Shown here in pieces: positions 62,452-64,000 of a DNA stretch of 64,000 nt. The notes below the pieces were generated by a model. That model was not told the DNA's origin and searched no databases. It was given only the letters and a program-made list of their open reading frames with translations. The stretch spans positions 7,604-71,603 of the forward strand of contig JAZRUY010000034.1 of assembly GCA_045598845.1 (NCBI GenBank), given 5' to 3'. The DNA comes from Victivallaceae bacterium (GTDB lineage: Bacteria; Verrucomicrobiota; Lentisphaeria; Victivallales; Victivallaceae). Made by a program: the position numbers and the translations under genes. How positions within the stretch are numbered: position 1 is the stretch's first letter; every line of letters starts with the position of its first letter.

Positions 62452-63846
62452 ATGACAACATTCGCACTTTACTTCGGTAACCGGGGATTTTTCCCGGAAT
62501 CATTGATTGCTTCGGCCCGTCAGGAAATTGTCGGAGTGCTGGGCAGACTTGGAATTAAAACAATTTCTCTGCCAGCTGACGCCACCCGTTTCGGAGCGGT
62601 TGAAACCGCGGAAGAAGGCAGGGTTTATGCCCGCTTTTTAGCGGAACACCGGGGAGAATATGACGGAGTGATTTTGTCTTTGCCAAATTTCGGTGATGAG
62701 AACGGTGCTTCCGAGGCATTGCGCGATGCCGGTGTTCCGATTTATATCCAAGCGTATCCTGACGAATTGGACAAAATGGATTTCAACCATCGCCGGGATG
62801 CTTTTTGCGGTAAATTTTCCATTATGGATGTTTTTACTCAATTCGGAATTCCGTTTACAGCGTGGGAACCTCACGCTCTGGCTCCGTCGGATCCGGAATT
62901 TCTCAATCAAATGATAAAATTCGCCGCGGTCTGCCGGATTGTAAAAAAACTCAAGCGTTGCCGTATCGGTGCGATAGGCGCCCGGCCGACCCTGTTCAAG
63001 ACCATCCGTTTTGATGAGGTAACGTTGCAGCATTACGGCATTACCACCGAGGTTTTTGACAATTCCGATTTGCTGGTCAAAGTGGAAAAAATCAGCGACA
63101 ATGCCCCGGAATTGTCGGAGAAACTGAAAAAATTCCGCAATTATGCTGATTTTTCCGTTGTCCCTGCCGATAAACTGCTTATCTTGGCGAAGATATCCGT
63201 GGCTTTGGATCAGTTTATTGCCGACCATCAGCTGGATGCGCTCGGTTTGCGTTGCTGGAGCGATTTGCAGCATACTCTCAAAATTTCTCCTTGTGTGCTG
63301 CTGAGCGAACTCAACGACCGCAGATTCCCCGCCGCTTGTGAATTGGACATCGGCAATGCGGTTTCCATGCTTGCGCTGAATGCCGCTTCAGACGATGCGA
63401 CCGCCTGTCTGGATTGGAACAACAATTATCCAGGGGATCCGGATGGATGTATTTTGTTTCATTGCGGATCAATTCCGCAGAGCATGATGACGGGCAAAGG
63501 TCAGGTTATCGATCATGCGATGTTCGCCAAATCACTGGGGGCCGGGTGCGGTTACGGGTGCAATGTCGGCTTTATCCGCCCCATGGATTTTACATTTGCC
63601 TCCACCACTACGCAAAACGGGAAGCTGAAATTCTACTCCGGCGAAGGACAGTTCCTTGATAAACCGCTTGGCGAAGGTTTTTTCGGTTGCGGAGGAGCGG
63701 CGCATATTCCAGGACTGCAGCGAAAACTGGTCAATATCGGCTATGCCGGATACCGTCATCATGTGAGCGTTACTCCGGGGAGCTGGCAACAAGCGCTTGA
63801 CGAAGCATTCTGCCGTTATCTCGGTTACGAGCACACCTTGATTTAA
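62452..63846 (+). CDS. L-fucose/L-arabinose isomerase family protein
   Basis: MTTFALYFGNRGFFP..., LPNFGDE, DAFCGKFS and the overall about 465-aa layout match COG2407-type isomerases. GGAG SD 5 nt before ATG 62452. Confidence 0.72.
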   Translation: MTTFALYFGNRGFFPESLIASARQEIVGVLGRLGIKTISLPADATRFGAVETAEEGRVYARFLAEHRGEYDGVILSLPNFGDENGASEALRDAGVPIYIQAYPDELDKMDFNHRRDAFCGKFSIMDVFTQFGIPFTAWEPHALAPSDPEFLNQMIKFAAVCRIVKKLKRCRIGAIGARPTLFKTIRFDEVTLQHYGITTEVFDNSDLLVKVEKISDNAPELSEKLKKFRNYADFSVVPADKLLILAKISVALDQFIADHQLDALGLRCWSDLQHTLKISPCVLLSELNDRRFPAACELDIGNAVSMLALNAASDDATACLDWNNNYPGDPDGCILFHCGSIPQSMMTGKGQVIDHAMFAKSLGAGCGYGCNVGFIRPMDFTFASTTTQNGKLKFYSGEGQFLDKPLGEGFFGCGGAAHIPGLQRKLVNIGYAGYRHHVSVTPGSWQQALDEAFCRYLGYEHTLI

Positions 63847-63866
63847 CGTCTCTCCCGGGGTGTACA

Positions 63867-64000
63867 ATGAGTTACATCGGCATTGACATCGGGTCCAGTC
63901 AGGTTAAAGCTGTTGTCTTCGGTGCGGACGGATGCCGGATGTCGGCGGCGTACCGCAAATATTCTTATACGGTTCCCGTTCCGGGGCAAATGGAATTGAA
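63867..64000 (+). CDS. FGGY-family carbohydrate kinase (N-terminal fragment, runs off window)
   Basis: MSYIGIDIGSSQVKAVVFGADG... is the classic FGGY/actin-fold phosphate-1 motif. Absent from the ORF track because it is truncated. Confidence 0.7.
   Translation, partial: MSYIGIDIGSSQVKAVVFGADGCRMSAAYRKYSYTVPVPGQMEL

Noticed and set aside
1-64000. Window-wide scan for CRISPR arrays, tRNA/rRNA/tmRNA/SRP-like sequences, IS elements, integrases, phage or toxin-antitoxin genes
   Set aside because: By eye I saw no regularly spaced direct repeats, no tRNA-like T-arm sequence (GGTTCGAAT-type) in intergenic DNA, and no transposase, integrase or phage-like translations in any frame. A computational scan (tRNAscan-SE, Infernal/Rfam, ISfinder, CRISPR detection) would be needed to exclude small RNAs.

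Overview
Dense 64-kb chromosomal segment with about 59 protein-coding genes on both strands. I found no rRNA, tRNA, CRISPR array, transposase or integrase. Most genes are housekeeping, and many act in diderm envelope and LPS biogenesis: skp-lpxD, lpxA, msbA-like, lptD, gmhA, hldD, gmhB, uppS, cdsA. Others cover nucleotide and cofactor metabolism (guaB, pyrD/pyrK, pyrH, panB/panE, coaX, thiI, ispE, proA, rpe) and replication (dnaN-recF). LPS genes together with V-type ATPase I/K, mcsA/mcsB, Sel1 repeats and tandem GspE-type ATPases suggest a PVC-type bacterium (Lentisphaerota, Kiritimatiellota or Verrucomicrobiota); this guess is low confidence. A promoter pattern TTGnnn-17-TATATT recurs in the intergenic regions and helps delimit transcription units. 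Composition is mosaic by eye: about 60% GC at 1-18 kb and 24-45 kb, and about 43-52% at 18-24 kb and 45-64 kb. I see no obvious defence island or mobile element, and no single locus is convincingly a new multi-gene system. The best candidates for a second look are: (1) the ctp-mcsA-mcsB operon, an arginine kinase without ctsR or clpC; (2) a sensor kinase translationally coupled to a UPF0489-like, arginase-fold-like protein instead of a response regulator; (3) a self-contained, strongly signalled 33-aa basic micro-gene, followed by a 19-aa Cys peptide ORF and an orphan secreted protein; (4) two full-length GspE/PilB-type ATPases in tandem with GspF and no other secretion or pilus parts; (5) a proA-ntpI-ntpK unit carrying only the membrane sector of a V-type ATPase; (6) a 1288-aa tandem transglutaminase-like protein whose second catalytic site is degenerate; (7) lpxA translationally coupled to a type-1 PBP-fold lipoprotein and a Cys-rich CBM9-like protein. 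All functional calls come from reading the translated ORFs against remembered family signatures. No database search was run.
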